Below are positions 37,721-47,288 of a stretch of 64,000 nt of DNA, piece after piece; position 1 is the first letter of the stretch, and each line of letters opens with the position of its first letter. Source of the DNA: Pedobacter sp. (GTDB lineage: Bacteria > Bacteroidota > Bacteroidia > Sphingobacteriales > Sphingobacteriaceae). The stretch spans positions 73,072 through 137,071 of the forward strand of contig JBCLAL010000008.1 in assembly GCA_038918115.1 (NCBI GenBank), read 5' to 3'. The notes beneath the pieces are model-generated. The model worked only from the letters and a program-made list of their open reading frames with translations, searched no databases and was not told the DNA's origin. The translations under genes were made by a program, and so were the position numbers.

Positions 37721-38257
37721 TTATGATGCTTGTTTTACAAATTGAATTTCGCCTATGATCTTCACCTCGTCGCCCAGCATTACACCGCCGGTTTCAAGGG
37801 TTGCATTATAGGTAAGGCCGAAATCACCACGCTTTAGTTTTCCTGTTAAAGTAAAACCTGCTTTAGTATTTCCCCATGGGTCTACCGCGGTTCCGCCAAA
37901 TTCTACGTCTAATATGATCGGCTGCGTCACACCTTTAAGGGTGATGTTGCCTGCAACTTTATAGTCATCACCATCGCGGGTGAATGAAGTTGATTCGAAA
38001 GTCAAGGTTGGGTGCGTATCCGCATCAAAGAAGTCCCCGGTTACAAGGTGCTTGTCACGGTCGGAGTTACCTGTATCCACGGAACTGATATCTGCGCTGA
38101 ACGTTGCTTTTGCATTTTCAAAATTGTTATCAGACTCACTTTCAAGTGTAGCTGAAAAATTTCTGAAACGTCCGGTTACCGTAGTAATCATGAGGTGTTT
38201 AACCTTAAACTCCAGTTCGCTGTGTGTTGGATCTAATGTCCATTGTGTTGTTGCCAT
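37721..38257 (-). CDS. YceI family lipid/polyisoprenoid-binding protein
   Basis: W.LDPTHS..EF.VKHLMI..V.G.F, RD.HL...DFFD, G.ITLKGVT. Confidence 0.94.
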   Translation of the reverse strand: MATTQWTLDPTHSELEFKVKHLMITTVTGRFRNFSATLESESDNNFENAKATFSADISSVDTGNSDRDKHLVTGDFFDADTHPTLTFESTSFTRDGDDYKVAGNITLKGVTQPIILDVEFGGTAVDPWGNTKAGFTLTGKLKRGDFGLTYNATLETGGVMLGDEVKIIGEIQFVKQAS

Positions 38258-38350
38258 GGTTGTTCGATTTAGATTATATCGTTTTGATAGAACAAAGGTA
38301 CCAACACACTCGTTTGCAAGCGTTGATGTATGTTAATAAATTAACATTGC

Positions 38351-38941
38351 TCAGACTTTGAAGTGTTTATGTGCTAAGTCTTTACGTACACGGCTTAATG
38401 ATTCCGGGGTAATGCCAAGGTAAGAAGCGATCATCCACTGTGGTACCCTTAAGGTCAGGTTTGGATATAACTTAACGAAATCGACATAACGCTCCTCCGC
38501 AGTGGCTGCCAGCAGCAGATTAATCCGGCGCTGCATAAAGCGAATTGCATTATTAAGCATCGTTGTATTCAGCAGGTTAAATTCCGGTGCATGTGCCGCG
38601 GCTGTGCAGAAAAAATCCTTAGGAATAATCAATGCTGTTGTGGGCTCAATAGCATCCATATTGAAATCAGACGCTTCATTGTTCAGCAGTCCGTTCCGGT
38701 CGGAAATCCACCAGCCTTCCGGTGCAAACTGGATGATGTGTGTTTTGCCCTTCTCATCTACCGAGTAGCTGCGCATCAATCCGTCAAGAATGAAGTAGGT
38801 CCTTGTGCTGGTTTCACCCTGGGAGAGTACCAGTTCGTTTTTCAAGAAGGTTGTTGTTTTTAGATGACTTGCAACAAGGTCGAACTGTTCGTCGGTAATC
38901 GACATCCTTTGCTGCAGGTAGGCTTTGAATTTATCAAGCAT
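38351..38941 (-). CDS. Crp/Fnr family transcriptional regulator
   Basis: cNMP-binding region (L.QGE...YFILDGLMRSY) and C-terminal PQWMIASYLGITPESLSR HTH. Confidence 0.93.
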   Translation of the reverse strand: MLDKFKAYLQQRMSITDEQFDLVASHLKTTTFLKNELVLSQGETSTRTYFILDGLMRSYSVDEKGKTHIIQFAPEGWWISDRNGLLNNEASDFNMDAIEPTTALIIPKDFFCTAAAHAPEFNLLNTTMLNNAIRFMQRRINLLLAATAEERYVDFVKLYPNLTLRVPQWMIASYLGITPESLSRVRKDLAHKHFKV

Positions 38942-38952
38942 ATAGTTGAAAT

Positions 38953-39117
38953 CTATTTAGATTTTGGATCTATATTGCTAAAATCTACACTGCACTTATT
39001 GCATCCCGTAGCACAGCCGCCATCCTTGCCCGGCTTAAGCGAACGAAAAATGATGCGGCCGATATAGAATACCGCCGCGGCAAATAATAAAGCTACTAAT
39101 AAGGTCTGCACATCCAT
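38953..39117 (-). CDS. FeoB-associated-type Cys-rich small membrane protein
   Basis: 54 aa from ATG 39117: TM helix then GGCATGCNKC. The ORF-track extension overlaps the upstream gene. Confidence 0.75.
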   Translation of the reverse strand: MDVQTLLVALLFAAAVFYIGRIIFRSLKPGKDGGCATGCNKCSVDFSNIDPKSK

Positions 39118-39166
39118 ACTCAAAATTAAAGAAAGCAGTCCGCTGACACGTCGAATCAATGTAAAA

Positions 39167-40354
39167 TTATGGTTCCATGAGACCGACGGTTCCACCTACC
39201 CAATCAAAGTCCTTATTGTAACGCACACCGATCATCTTTCCACGACTTAACCTCGCCAGGTTGATGGCCAGTATCGGTTCTTCATTGTCTGGCCAGAGAT
39301 ACATCAGCCGCAATTCTGCCTTCACACCGCCTGTTGGTGATTCTACGATAGGCTCATAGGTCACTTTCTCCTGCAACAGCCAATTCTCCGGGTCTTCGAT
39401 CTTTTCGATATCGGCCTTGGTCACATCAATGATCACGCCCATACCGGCGAAAGAAAACAGCGGCTTCAGCACGTAATTCTCGAGGTCCGGTGGCAGGGTT
39501 TTTAGCTCATGCAGAAAGAAGCTCTCGGGAACATACTTGCTCTCTAAATATGGCATGGTGTACTTACTAACCCGGTAAAACCAGTTCGGATGGGTCATCC
39601 ACTCTACATCAATGATCTCCCGGGGATCAAAACACTCCTTAAAAAGACTGAAGTCGTCCTTAACCTCATCAAAAATCAGGCGGTTATAGATCCGCTTGAT
39701 CCTTACATTCACACCATTTTCGCGATAACAGATGTGGTTGTCCTCCCTGAAAATATCCTCGATGCCCACGATCTTTATACCCAGGTGTTTGGCCGTGATG
39801 TAAAAATCGATCGCCGTTTTCTGTTTGTGTACATCAAGATCCATCAGCACCACCTGCTTTGGCGGATGGTCGCCTACAATCATCTTCCGCAGCAACTCGA
39901 TATAAGAACTGTCGTTTAAGCCATTGAAGTAGGGGGTAAGCTTAGGATCCAGCTCATAAACTTCCTTGTAGAGCGCTGCAAGGTGCATCTGAAAACCATA
40001 GAGGGAAGGAAATCCCTGCATTTCAATAAGTTTCGGTGCCAGCTTGCCCTCAGCATCTTTAGTAATGCCGAAGTCGAGGGTAAGAAAATGCGGGTGACTA
40101 TTTTCAAATGGAACCTCCCACTCAAAAGGAATGGCCTTTTTAGTTAAGGTCTTAAATCCGGGACGCCTGATGATGTTTACAATTTCTTCACCTGCTTTAA
40201 TCAATTCGTCTCGCAGATCATTTGGTATAAACACAGGTGTCTCCGCAAGTCTGAACTCAATAGGAGGGAAGCCCTCGTCTGCTTTGTTCAGAAATGCTTC
40301 GTATTTCGCAGCGGTAAAGCCAGCGTTGAAACGCTCCCGGTAGGTGTTAATCAT
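39167..40354 (-). CDS. Circularly permuted ATP-grasp-type ligase (glutathione/GSP synthetase-like)
   Basis: LDFG...KLIEMQGFP, IYNRL, YVLKPLFSFAG.GV, WLLQEKV, ELRL elements typical of circularly permuted ATP-grasp amidoligases; family recognised by eye. Confidence 0.65.
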   Translation of the reverse strand: MINTYRERFNAGFTAAKYEAFLNKADEGFPPIEFRLAETPVFIPNDLRDELIKAGEEIVNIIRRPGFKTLTKKAIPFEWEVPFENSHPHFLTLDFGITKDAEGKLAPKLIEMQGFPSLYGFQMHLAALYKEVYELDPKLTPYFNGLNDSSYIELLRKMIVGDHPPKQVVLMDLDVHKQKTAIDFYITAKHLGIKIVGIEDIFREDNHICYRENGVNVRIKRIYNRLIFDEVKDDFSLFKECFDPREIIDVEWMTHPNWFYRVSKYTMPYLESKYVPESFFLHELKTLPPDLENYVLKPLFSFAGMGVIIDVTKADIEKIEDPENWLLQEKVTYEPIVESPTGGVKAELRLMYLWPDNEEPILAINLARLSRGKMIGVRYNKDFDWVGGTVGLMEP

Positions 40355-40356
40355 AG

Positions 40357-41190
40357 TTATGCTTCTTGTAAGGTGTTTGCAACGACACTGGAGATGAAGT
40401 TCGGCAGAATCACCTGCTGTGTCAGGGAAATGCGCTCAGGATCCTCCACACTATCCAGCATGTCATAATACTTTTCTTCACCGTGATTGTCGATGATGGA
40501 CTTCTTCTTATCTTCTTTAAGCAAGTGCATGCGCATACCGGTTGGGTCTGCTTCAGGGTGAAACTGGGTACCCAGAATTTCATCCGTAAAACGGATCGCC
40601 ATAATGCAGCGCTCCAGGTCAACATTCGGTCTTTCCTTTTCTAACGCGAGTATACTCGCTCCAAAACTTTCAAAAGCAGCCTCATCGGGTTCTATCACCT
40701 GCCAATCGCGACTGTCTACCGAATAGAAAGGATTGGTCAAGCCGCTAAAGGCTGGTTCTTGCTCCCCTGCTTCGGTAAGCGTGATCGGAAAAATGCCAAA
40801 GGCATTAGACTTACGCTCTGTCACGTTGCCAAGCTTAAATTTGCGGCAGGCCAGCTGAAAGGAATGACAGATTAGAAAAACAAACTTCTTCTCTGCTTCA
40901 TTGCTGGCATTGTGCTGGTGTATCTGTTCCAGAAGATCAAAAAATCTGTTCTCCCATTCCTGGCCTTCCCCATCATACGGACTTCCCGGGCCGCCTGTAG
41001 AAATGTACAGGTGGTAATTCAGGTCTGGTAATTCAGCTTTCCGTCTCAAGTCAAAGATCTCGAGTGAAAACGCTATACCATGATCCTCCTGGTACTTGCC
41101 CAGTATTTCTATAATCCCCCGCATGCCCTGGTTGGGCGAGCCATTATTCATATCTATAATGGCAACTTTCATCTTCTTATTATTATCCAT
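40357..41190 (-). CDS. Class I glutamine amidotransferase-like protein
   Basis: TGGPGSP oxyanion loop, ICHSFQ nucleophile elbow, QFHPEAD (Cys-His-Glu triad). Confidence 0.88.
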   Translation of the reverse strand: MDNNKKMKVAIIDMNNGSPNQGMRGIIEILGKYQEDHGIAFSLEIFDLRRKAELPDLNYHLYISTGGPGSPYDGEGQEWENRFFDLLEQIHQHNASNEAEKKFVFLICHSFQLACRKFKLGNVTERKSNAFGIFPITLTEAGEQEPAFSGLTNPFYSVDSRDWQVIEPDEAAFESFGASILALEKERPNVDLERCIMAIRFTDEILGTQFHPEADPTGMRMHLLKEDKKKSIIDNHGEEKYYDMLDSVEDPERISLTQQVILPNFISSVVANTLQEA

Positions 41191-41192
41191 TT

Positions 41193-42299
41193 TTACTGTT
41201 TCGCGCCTATAAGCGTCTGGCTGGTTATAAAGTCTACAACCGATTCCAGCTTGCCGGTCTGTTCAAAGACTGCTAATTGCCGGTCTGCACCTGTTCCGTT
41301 TTGCAGCATCTTATGCACGTAGTTGATGTCATCCCGGCAACCCAGTTCATCAACAACATCATCCACAAAGTCAAGCAGTTCCAGGATCAGGTTGCGGCAG
41401 TTAACCTCCATTTCCTTGCCAAAGTCTATCAGGTTGCCGTCAATCCCGTATCTCGCCGCACGCCATTTGTTCTCGTTGATCAGCGCCCGGGAGTAGTTTA
41501 TGAAAGACATATTCCGCAAGCGTAGCTGGTATAACTTCGCACAAAGGGCCTGAAAAAGCGCTGTAAGCGCCATTGTCTCATCGATCAGCATCGGACAATC
41601 ACATATCCTGAACTCAATGGTCTGGAAAAAAGGGTGTACCCTGATGTCCCACCAGATCTTCTTCGCATTATCAATACAGTTCGTCTTGATGAGTAATTTG
41701 ACATAACTATCATAATCCTCTATGCTGTTGAAGATGTCAGGAATTCCCGTACGGGGAAACTTATCAAAGATCTTGGTCCGGAAGGACTTGTATCCGGTAT
41801 TCCTGGATTCCCAGAAAGGCGAATTCGTAGATAATGCAAATACGTGCGGCAGAAAGTAGCGCACCTGGTTGGCAATATGTACCGCAAGTTCCCTGGATTG
41901 GAAACCCACATGCACATGCAGTCCAAAGATCAGGTTTGAACGCGCAGCTTCCTGAAGCTCATTAACAATTTCATTATAACGCGGATGTTCTGTAATTAAT
42001 TGTTTCTCCCAGTGTGAAAAAGGGTGGGTGCCTGAGGCACCTATCCTTAATCCCTGTTCGCCGGCAAGCTGCGATACGGTGTACCGCAGCTGCGAGATTT
42101 CTTTCCGCGCCTGTGTCGTGTCGGTGCAGATGCCCGTTCCAACTTCCACCACAGCCTGGTGCATTTCTGCCTTTACCTGGTCCTTATGGATCTTTTGCGC
42201 AGCTTCAACAATTTTCTGGTCATGCGAAGTGAGCTCCCGGGTAACCGGATCAACAACCATGTACTCTTCTTCGATACCAAGTGTAAACTCGTTTTTCAT
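41193..42299 (-). CDS. Carboxylate-amine ligase, YbdK/GCS2 family (glutamine synthetase fold)
   Basis: TLGIEEEY, VEV.TG, GTHPF, FGLHVHVG, ALS.NSPFW, WWDIR.HP...TIEFRICD. Confidence 0.93.
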   Translation of the reverse strand: MKNEFTLGIEEEYMVVDPVTRELTSHDQKIVEAAQKIHKDQVKAEMHQAVVEVGTGICTDTTQARKEISQLRYTVSQLAGEQGLRIGASGTHPFSHWEKQLITEHPRYNEIVNELQEAARSNLIFGLHVHVGFQSRELAVHIANQVRYFLPHVFALSTNSPFWESRNTGYKSFRTKIFDKFPRTGIPDIFNSIEDYDSYVKLLIKTNCIDNAKKIWWDIRVHPFFQTIEFRICDCPMLIDETMALTALFQALCAKLYQLRLRNMSFINYSRALINENKWRAARYGIDGNLIDFGKEMEVNCRNLILELLDFVDDVVDELGCRDDINYVHKMLQNGTGADRQLAVFEQTGKLESVVDFITSQTLIGAKQ

Positions 42300-42318
42300 G
42301 ACATCCGCTTAATAGCCG

Positions 42319-43602
42319 TTATTTTTTACTGCTGCTTTCTTTTTTTGCTTTTGGCGCGGCTGCTTTAGCTGGGGCAGACTTAGCCGGCTTGGCCGCTTTC
42401 TCTGCCTTAGGCTGCGCTGCGCCTGCTTTCGCTGCTGGTGCCTTCTTTGCTGCTGGTGCTGCATCTTCAGCTTTAGAATCTTCGCCGGCTTTAGCACCTT
42501 GCTCCGCTTTAGTGGCAGATTTTGGCTTGCTTGCCTTTGTCGCTTTGGCAGTGCCGCTGGTCTTAGCCGAAGCTTTTTTCTGAGGTTCCAATTCTACCGG
42601 TGCAGCCAGCTCTTCTGTTACCGGAATTTCACCCGCTGCTTCAATCTTAATTTTCGAACCTGCTTTTACCGATCCTTTCACATATTCACCCCAGGTCAGG
42701 TTATCCTGATTTGGCTTGTGTGCCCTGGCACGTTCAATCGCATACAGCGCCGAATGTTCAACAACCCAGTTGAAGTTCTCTTCCCCAACGCTGGTCAGCT
42801 CCGCATCAGGTGCCGGATTGCAGAAGTCGATCGCATAAGGTATACCATCGCGTACCGCAAATTCAACGGTGTTGAAATCGTAACCCAATGACTGGTTCAG
42901 CTTAATCACATAATCGTGTATGGTTTGCAGCAATTCTTCGCTTGAAGGTCCTTTATCTACGGCATAGCGCAAGTGGAAAGGATTGTTTGGCTCATACTGC
43001 ATAATCCGCACATACTTACCGCCAATGCAGTAGCAGCGATAATATTCTTCAAACTTAATCTCTTCCTGCAGCATCATCACCAGCTGTCCGGTTTCCTTGT
43101 GCTTTTCAAAGAATTCTTCCTTGTCGCTGATCTTGTAAACGTCTTTCCAACCCCCGCCATCAAAAGGCTTCATATAGGCCGGGAAGCCCGTATATTCAAA
43201 AATAGCATCCCAGTCGAGCGGATATGCAAGGTTGCTGAAAGACTCGTCGCTTGTATCGGTCGGAAGCTCCCTGGAAGGGATCAGCGTTGTCTTTGGTACC
43301 GGGATACCAAGCTTCACAGCAAGCGCATTGTTGAAGAACTTCTCGTCAGCGCTCCACCAGAAAGGATTATTGATTACGGCTGTTCCGGTGATTGCAGCAT
43401 TTTTCATTGCCGAACGGTAAAAGGGAACACCCTGGGAAATACGGTCGAGGATCACGGCATAATCCAGTGGCTCAGCCTGTAATACCTTGTCAAGGCGCAC
43501 AAACTCGGCCTCAAACTCGCCCGCTGCCAGCTCATTAACACGTTTTACAAAAGCTTCAGGAAAAGATCGCTCCTGGCCAAATAAGATACCAATTTTTTTC
43601 AT
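42319..43602 (-). CDS. RimK-like ATP-grasp ligase with an Ala/Lys/Pro-rich C-terminal tail
   Basis: VINNP...DEK, P.PKT, YMKPFDGGGWKDV, LQEEI, VEFAV.DG.PY.IDF.NP; the last about 115 aa are low complexity. Confidence 0.85.
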   Translation of the reverse strand: MKKIGILFGQERSFPEAFVKRVNELAAGEFEAEFVRLDKVLQAEPLDYAVILDRISQGVPFYRSAMKNAAITGTAVINNPFWWSADEKFFNNALAVKLGIPVPKTTLIPSRELPTDTSDESFSNLAYPLDWDAIFEYTGFPAYMKPFDGGGWKDVYKISDKEEFFEKHKETGQLVMMLQEEIKFEEYYRCYCIGGKYVRIMQYEPNNPFHLRYAVDKGPSSEELLQTIHDYVIKLNQSLGYDFNTVEFAVRDGIPYAIDFCNPAPDAELTSVGEENFNWVVEHSALYAIERARAHKPNQDNLTWGEYVKGSVKAGSKIKIEAAGEIPVTEELAAPVELEPQKKASAKTSGTAKATKASKPKSATKAEQGAKAGEDSKAEDAAPAAKKAPAAKAGAAQPKAEKAAKPAKSAPAKAAAPKAKKESSSKK

Positions 43603-43619
43603 CGTCTATGAATTAGTTG

Positions 43620-44324
43620 TTATAGTTTAGATAGATAGTCCGGTAACATCTCCCGCCAGATCGGCCAGTCGTGGTCGGCGTCGGGCCGGATGTCAAGCCA
43701 ATGGGAGATACCCTTCTTATGTAAGATTTCTGATAATTGTTCATTGTAGGGCCTGCAGATGTCACGGTCGGAAGTGCCAAGCACGATCTTCATGTTCCAG
43801 AGCTCCGGGTTATTCGAATCCGGCAGGTAATCTACCGGGTTATTAAAGTACACATCTTCATTATAAAAGCCGTCCAGCTGCCCGCTGATATCAAAGGCGC
43901 CACTCAGGCTGAACATATGCGACACCAGCCATGGATAGCGAAAGGCAAAATTCGCAGCATGATAACCACCAAAGCTGCAACCTGAGGTAATTACCCGATG
44001 GTGACCAGTCTCGTGCTGTGCACGGGGCACCAGTTCTTCCAGCAGCATCCGGTCATACCAGGTATGATTCTTAATCCGCTGCTCGGGAGACACCGCTTTG
44101 TTGTAAAAACTCAGGCTGTCAACGCCATCCGGACAATAGACTTTGACTTTCCCGGAATTGATGAAATACTGTATGCTTTCGATAAGTTTAAAGTCTTTGT
44201 TCTCAAAGTAGCGGCCCTGACTGGTAGGAAATAGAAGAAGCGGGTAGCCGCCGTAGCCAAAGGTCAGCATGTCGATGTCCATACTCAAGTTTGGACTGTA
44301 CCATTTGATGTATTCCTCCTGCAT
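43620..44324 (-). CDS. Alpha/beta-hydrolase esterase 1
   Basis: GCSFG nucleophile and DHDW catalytic His; LFPTSQG oxyanion region. Confidence 0.88.
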   Translation of the reverse strand: MQEEYIKWYSPNLSMDIDMLTFGYGGYPLLLFPTSQGRYFENKDFKLIESIQYFINSGKVKVYCPDGVDSLSFYNKAVSPEQRIKNHTWYDRMLLEELVPRAQHETGHHRVITSGCSFGGYHAANFAFRYPWLVSHMFSLSGAFDISGQLDGFYNEDVYFNNPVDYLPDSNNPELWNMKIVLGTSDRDICRPYNEQLSEILHKKGISHWLDIRPDADHDWPIWREMLPDYLSKL

Positions 44325-44364
44325 GAAAGTAATTTAGATAATAAGATACGAAGAACTACTCTTT

Positions 44365-44388
44365 AACAAGTATCCTATTCTTTTGTTG
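44365..44388 (-). promoter_or_regulatory. (C)AAC-N15-TTGT motif, copy 3, for the ligase operon
   Basis: Minus strand CAAC AAAAGAATAGGATAC TTGTT, ending 40 nt before ATG 44324. Confidence 0.55.
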
Positions 44389-44418
44389 CTAAAATCAGTT
44401 GATATTTAAAAAAATAGG

Positions 44419-44441
44419 AAACATTTTACGGGGAGCCTTTG
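44419..44441 (+). promoter_or_regulatory. AAAC-N15-TTGT motif, copy 4, for the divergent esterase
   Basis: AAAC ATTTTACGGGAGCCT TTGT, ending 14 nt before ATG 44456. Confidence 0.55.
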
Positions 44442-44455
44442 TAAATAGATAAACC

Positions 44456-45265
44456 ATGAAGATCGCCGAGCTTAAAATCACTACGCACACCTTGCAATCC
44501 CATTGGCTGAAAAGGCCTGTGGAACTCATTGTTTATGCGCCGGTGGGCATTCCGGCAAATATCCCGATGAACCTGCTTTTGCTTAATGACGGACAGGATG
44601 CAGAAGGCTTGCAACTGGAGGAAGCACTGCGCGACCTTTATGCCAACCAACGTATTGATCCGGTGGTGCTGGTGGGCATTAAGTGCTCAGCAGAACGCAT
44701 ACAGGAATATGGTGTTGCCGGCCGACCTGATTTTCAGAACCGGGGTAGCAAAGCTGACCTTTATAATGAGTTTATCGTAACGGAGCTGCTGCCGCAGTTG
44801 GAAAAACTGCTGAAGATCAAGCTTCAGGGCAAGAAAGGCTTCGTGGGTTGTTCCCTTGGCGGCTTAAGCGCTCTGGATATCTGCTGGCGCAATGATAAGA
44901 TATTTGATGTGGTTGGTGCTTTTTCCGCTTCTTTCTGGTGGCGCAAAAGAGACCTTGAAGATGGCTACACGCCCGATGACAGGATCATGCACCAGGTGAT
45001 CAGGGAAAGGGGGGATAAACCGGAGCTCCGGTTCTGGCTGATGACCGGCACGGAGGATGAAACTGCCGACCGTGATGGTAACTTCATCATCGACTCTATA
45101 GACGACACCATCGACATCATTAAGTCCCTGCTGGATAAAGGATATTCACGTCCGCATGATGTTTTCTATTATGAGATGGTCGGTGGAAAACATGAAGTTG
45201 ACACCTGGGCCAAAGCGATGCCGGCCTTTATCTGTTGGGCATTCCCAAGAACGGCAGTCTTTTAG
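44456..45265 (+). CDS. Alpha/beta-hydrolase esterase 2 (Fes/putative esterase family)
   Basis: LLLNDGQD, GCSLGG nucleophile, SASFWW, G..DE, GKHE...W. Confidence 0.88.
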   Translation: MKIAELKITTHTLQSHWLKRPVELIVYAPVGIPANIPMNLLLLNDGQDAEGLQLEEALRDLYANQRIDPVVLVGIKCSAERIQEYGVAGRPDFQNRGSKADLYNEFIVTELLPQLEKLLKIKLQGKKGFVGCSLGGLSALDICWRNDKIFDVVGAFSASFWWRKRDLEDGYTPDDRIMHQVIRERGDKPELRFWLMTGTEDETADRDGNFIIDSIDDTIDIIKSLLDKGYSRPHDVFYYEMVGGKHEVDTWAKAMPAFICWAFPRTAVF

Positions 45266-45314
45266 TATCAAGATATTAGCCCATTTCATAGGCGGTTTTT
45301 ACGATTAAAAACCT

Positions 45315-45322
45315 TATCTTTG
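45315..45322 (+). promoter_or_regulatory. -7 element (TATCTTTG) for typA
   Basis: Canonical Bacteroidota -7 box 22 nt before ATG 45345. Confidence 0.7.
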
Positions 45323-45344
45323 CGCCAAAATACAGGCGCATTTT

Positions 45345-47150
45345 ATGCAAAAAATTAGAAACATAGCTATTATAGCACACGTCGATCACGGTAAAACCAC
45401 CTTGGTTGATAAAATTTTACACACTTGTTCAATTTTTCGTGACAACGAGCAGACAGGTGAATTGATTCTGGATAACAATGATCTGGAACGCGAACGAGGT
45501 ATTACCATCGTTTCTAAAAACGTTTCCGTACGGTACAAAGACGTTAAAATCAATATCATAGATACTCCTGGTCACGCGGATTTCGGCGGTGAGGTAGAAA
45601 GGGTATTAAAAATGGCCGACGGTGTATTGTTGCTATGTGACGCTTTTGAAGGTGCCATGCCACAAACCCGTTTCGTAACACAAAAAGCTTTGGCTCTAGG
45701 TCTTAAGCCTATTGTTGTTGTAAATAAAGTAGATAAAGAAAACTGTCGCCCTGAAGAGGTTTATGAGCAAATCTTTGAATTGTTCTTCAACCTTGAGGCT
45801 ACTGAAGATCAGTTAGACTTCCCTGTAATCTATGGTTCATCTAAACAAGGATGGATGAGCACAGACTACAAACAACCAACTACCGACCTGTTCCCATTAT
45901 TAGACGCTGTTGTTGCTTCAATCCCAGCTGCACCAACCAATGAAGGAACACTTCAAATGCAAATCACCTCTTTAGATTATTCTTCTTTCGTAGGTCGTAT
46001 TGCAATTGGTCGTGTACACCGCGGTACCATTAAAGAAAACCAACCAGTTACGTTGATCAAACGTGATGGTAAAATGGTTAAGTCAAGAGTAAAAGAACTA
46101 TATACATTTGAAGGTTTAGGTAAGATCAGAGCTACAGAAGTAAGTTCAGGTGATATCTGTGCTGTTGTTGGTATCGATGGTTTCGAGATCGGTGATACTA
46201 TTGCAGATTTCGATGCACCAGAGCAACTGCCTGTAATCAGCATTGATGAGCCAACCATGAACATGTTGTTCACCATCAATAACTCTCCTTTCTTCGGTAA
46301 AGAAGGTAAATTCGTTACCTCTCAGCGTATGAAAGAGCGTCTGTACAAAGAGATGGAGAAAAACCTTGCCTTGAAAGTTATTGAGACTGAATCTCCTGAT
46401 TCTTACTTGGTATACGGAAGGGGTATTCTGCATTTATCTGTATTGATCGAAACCATGCGTCGTGAAGGTTACGAGCTTCAGGTAGGTCAGCCACAGGTTA
46501 TCATCAAAGAAATTGACGGTAAAAAATGTGAGCCTATTGAAACTTTGATCGTTGATGTACCGGGTGAAGTTGCTGGTAAAGTAATTGAGCTGGTTACGCA
46601 ACGTAAAGGTGAGTTGTTGATCATGGAGCCAAAAGGCGATCTTCAACACTTAGAGTTTGATATCCCTGCACGTGGTATCATCGGTTTGAGAAACAACGTA
46701 CTTACAGCTACTGCTGGTGAGGCGATCATCGCACACCGTTTCAAAGCTTACGAGCCTTGGAAAGGTGTAATCCCTGGCCGTTTAAGTGGTGTAATGATCT
46801 CTATGGATAAAGGTACAACTACTGCTTATTCAATTGACAAACTTCAGGATAGAGGCCGTTTCTTCGTTGATCCGGGTGTAGATATCTATGAAGGTCAAAT
46901 TGTTGGTGAGCACATCCGTGATAACGACTTAGTGGTGAACATTGTAAAAGGTAAGGCTTTAACGAATATGCGTGCATCTGGTACAGATGATAACACCCGT
47001 ATTGCACCAGCTATCAAATTCTCACTGGAAGAAGCTATGGAGTACATCCAGTCTGACGAATACATTGAGATAACTCCGATCAGCATGCGTTTACGTAAAA
47101 TTCACTTAACTGAGAATGCGCGTAAAATCAACGCTAAAAACTACCAATAG
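45345..47150 (+). CDS. typA: Translational GTPase TypA/BipA
   Basis: [45 protein letters not shown]. Confidence 0.99.
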   Translation: MQKIRNIAIIAHVDHGKTTLVDKILHTCSIFRDNEQTGELILDNNDLERERGITIVSKNVSVRYKDVKINIIDTPGHADFGGEVERVLKMADGVLLLCDAFEGAMPQTRFVTQKALALGLKPIVVVNKVDKENCRPEEVYEQIFELFFNLEATEDQLDFPVIYGSSKQGWMSTDYKQPTTDLFPLLDAVVASIPAAPTNEGTLQMQITSLDYSSFVGRIAIGRVHRGTIKENQPVTLIKRDGKMVKSRVKELYTFEGLGKIRATEVSSGDICAVVGIDGFEIGDTIADFDAPEQLPVISIDEPTMNMLFTINNSPFFGKEGKFVTSQRMKERLYKEMEKNLALKVIETESPDSYLVYGRGILHLSVLIETMRREGYELQVGQPQVIIKEIDGKKCEPIETLIVDVPGEVAGKVIELVTQRKGELLIMEPKGDLQHLEFDIPARGIIGLRNNVLTATAGEAIIAHRFKAYEPWKGVIPGRLSGVMISMDKGTTTAYSIDKLQDRGRFFVDPGVDIYEGQIVGEHIRDNDLVVNIVKGKALTNMRASGTDDNTRIAPAIKFSLEEAMEYIQSDEYIEITPISMRLRKIHLTENARKINAKNYQ

Positions 47151-47195
47151 GATTTAGCTATTACTTCTTCAAAGAAGTATAAGTATCATATATGG

Positions 47196-47226
47196 AATGC
47201 CGGCAGTAAATACTGCCGGCATTTTG
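47196..47226 (+). terminator. Intrinsic terminator after typA
   Basis: AATGCCGGCAGT...ACTGCCGGCATT stem followed by TTTG. Confidence 0.85.
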
Positions 47227-47288
47227 TTTACATTGGGCTAATTTTTCTGGCCTGAGATTTTCATAATTTTGCATCAAAATATAAGATC

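Noticed and set aside
42389-42891. Plus-strand Ala-rich ORFs
   Set aside because: Mirror of the low-complexity AKP tail, which lacks stop codons on the opposite strand.
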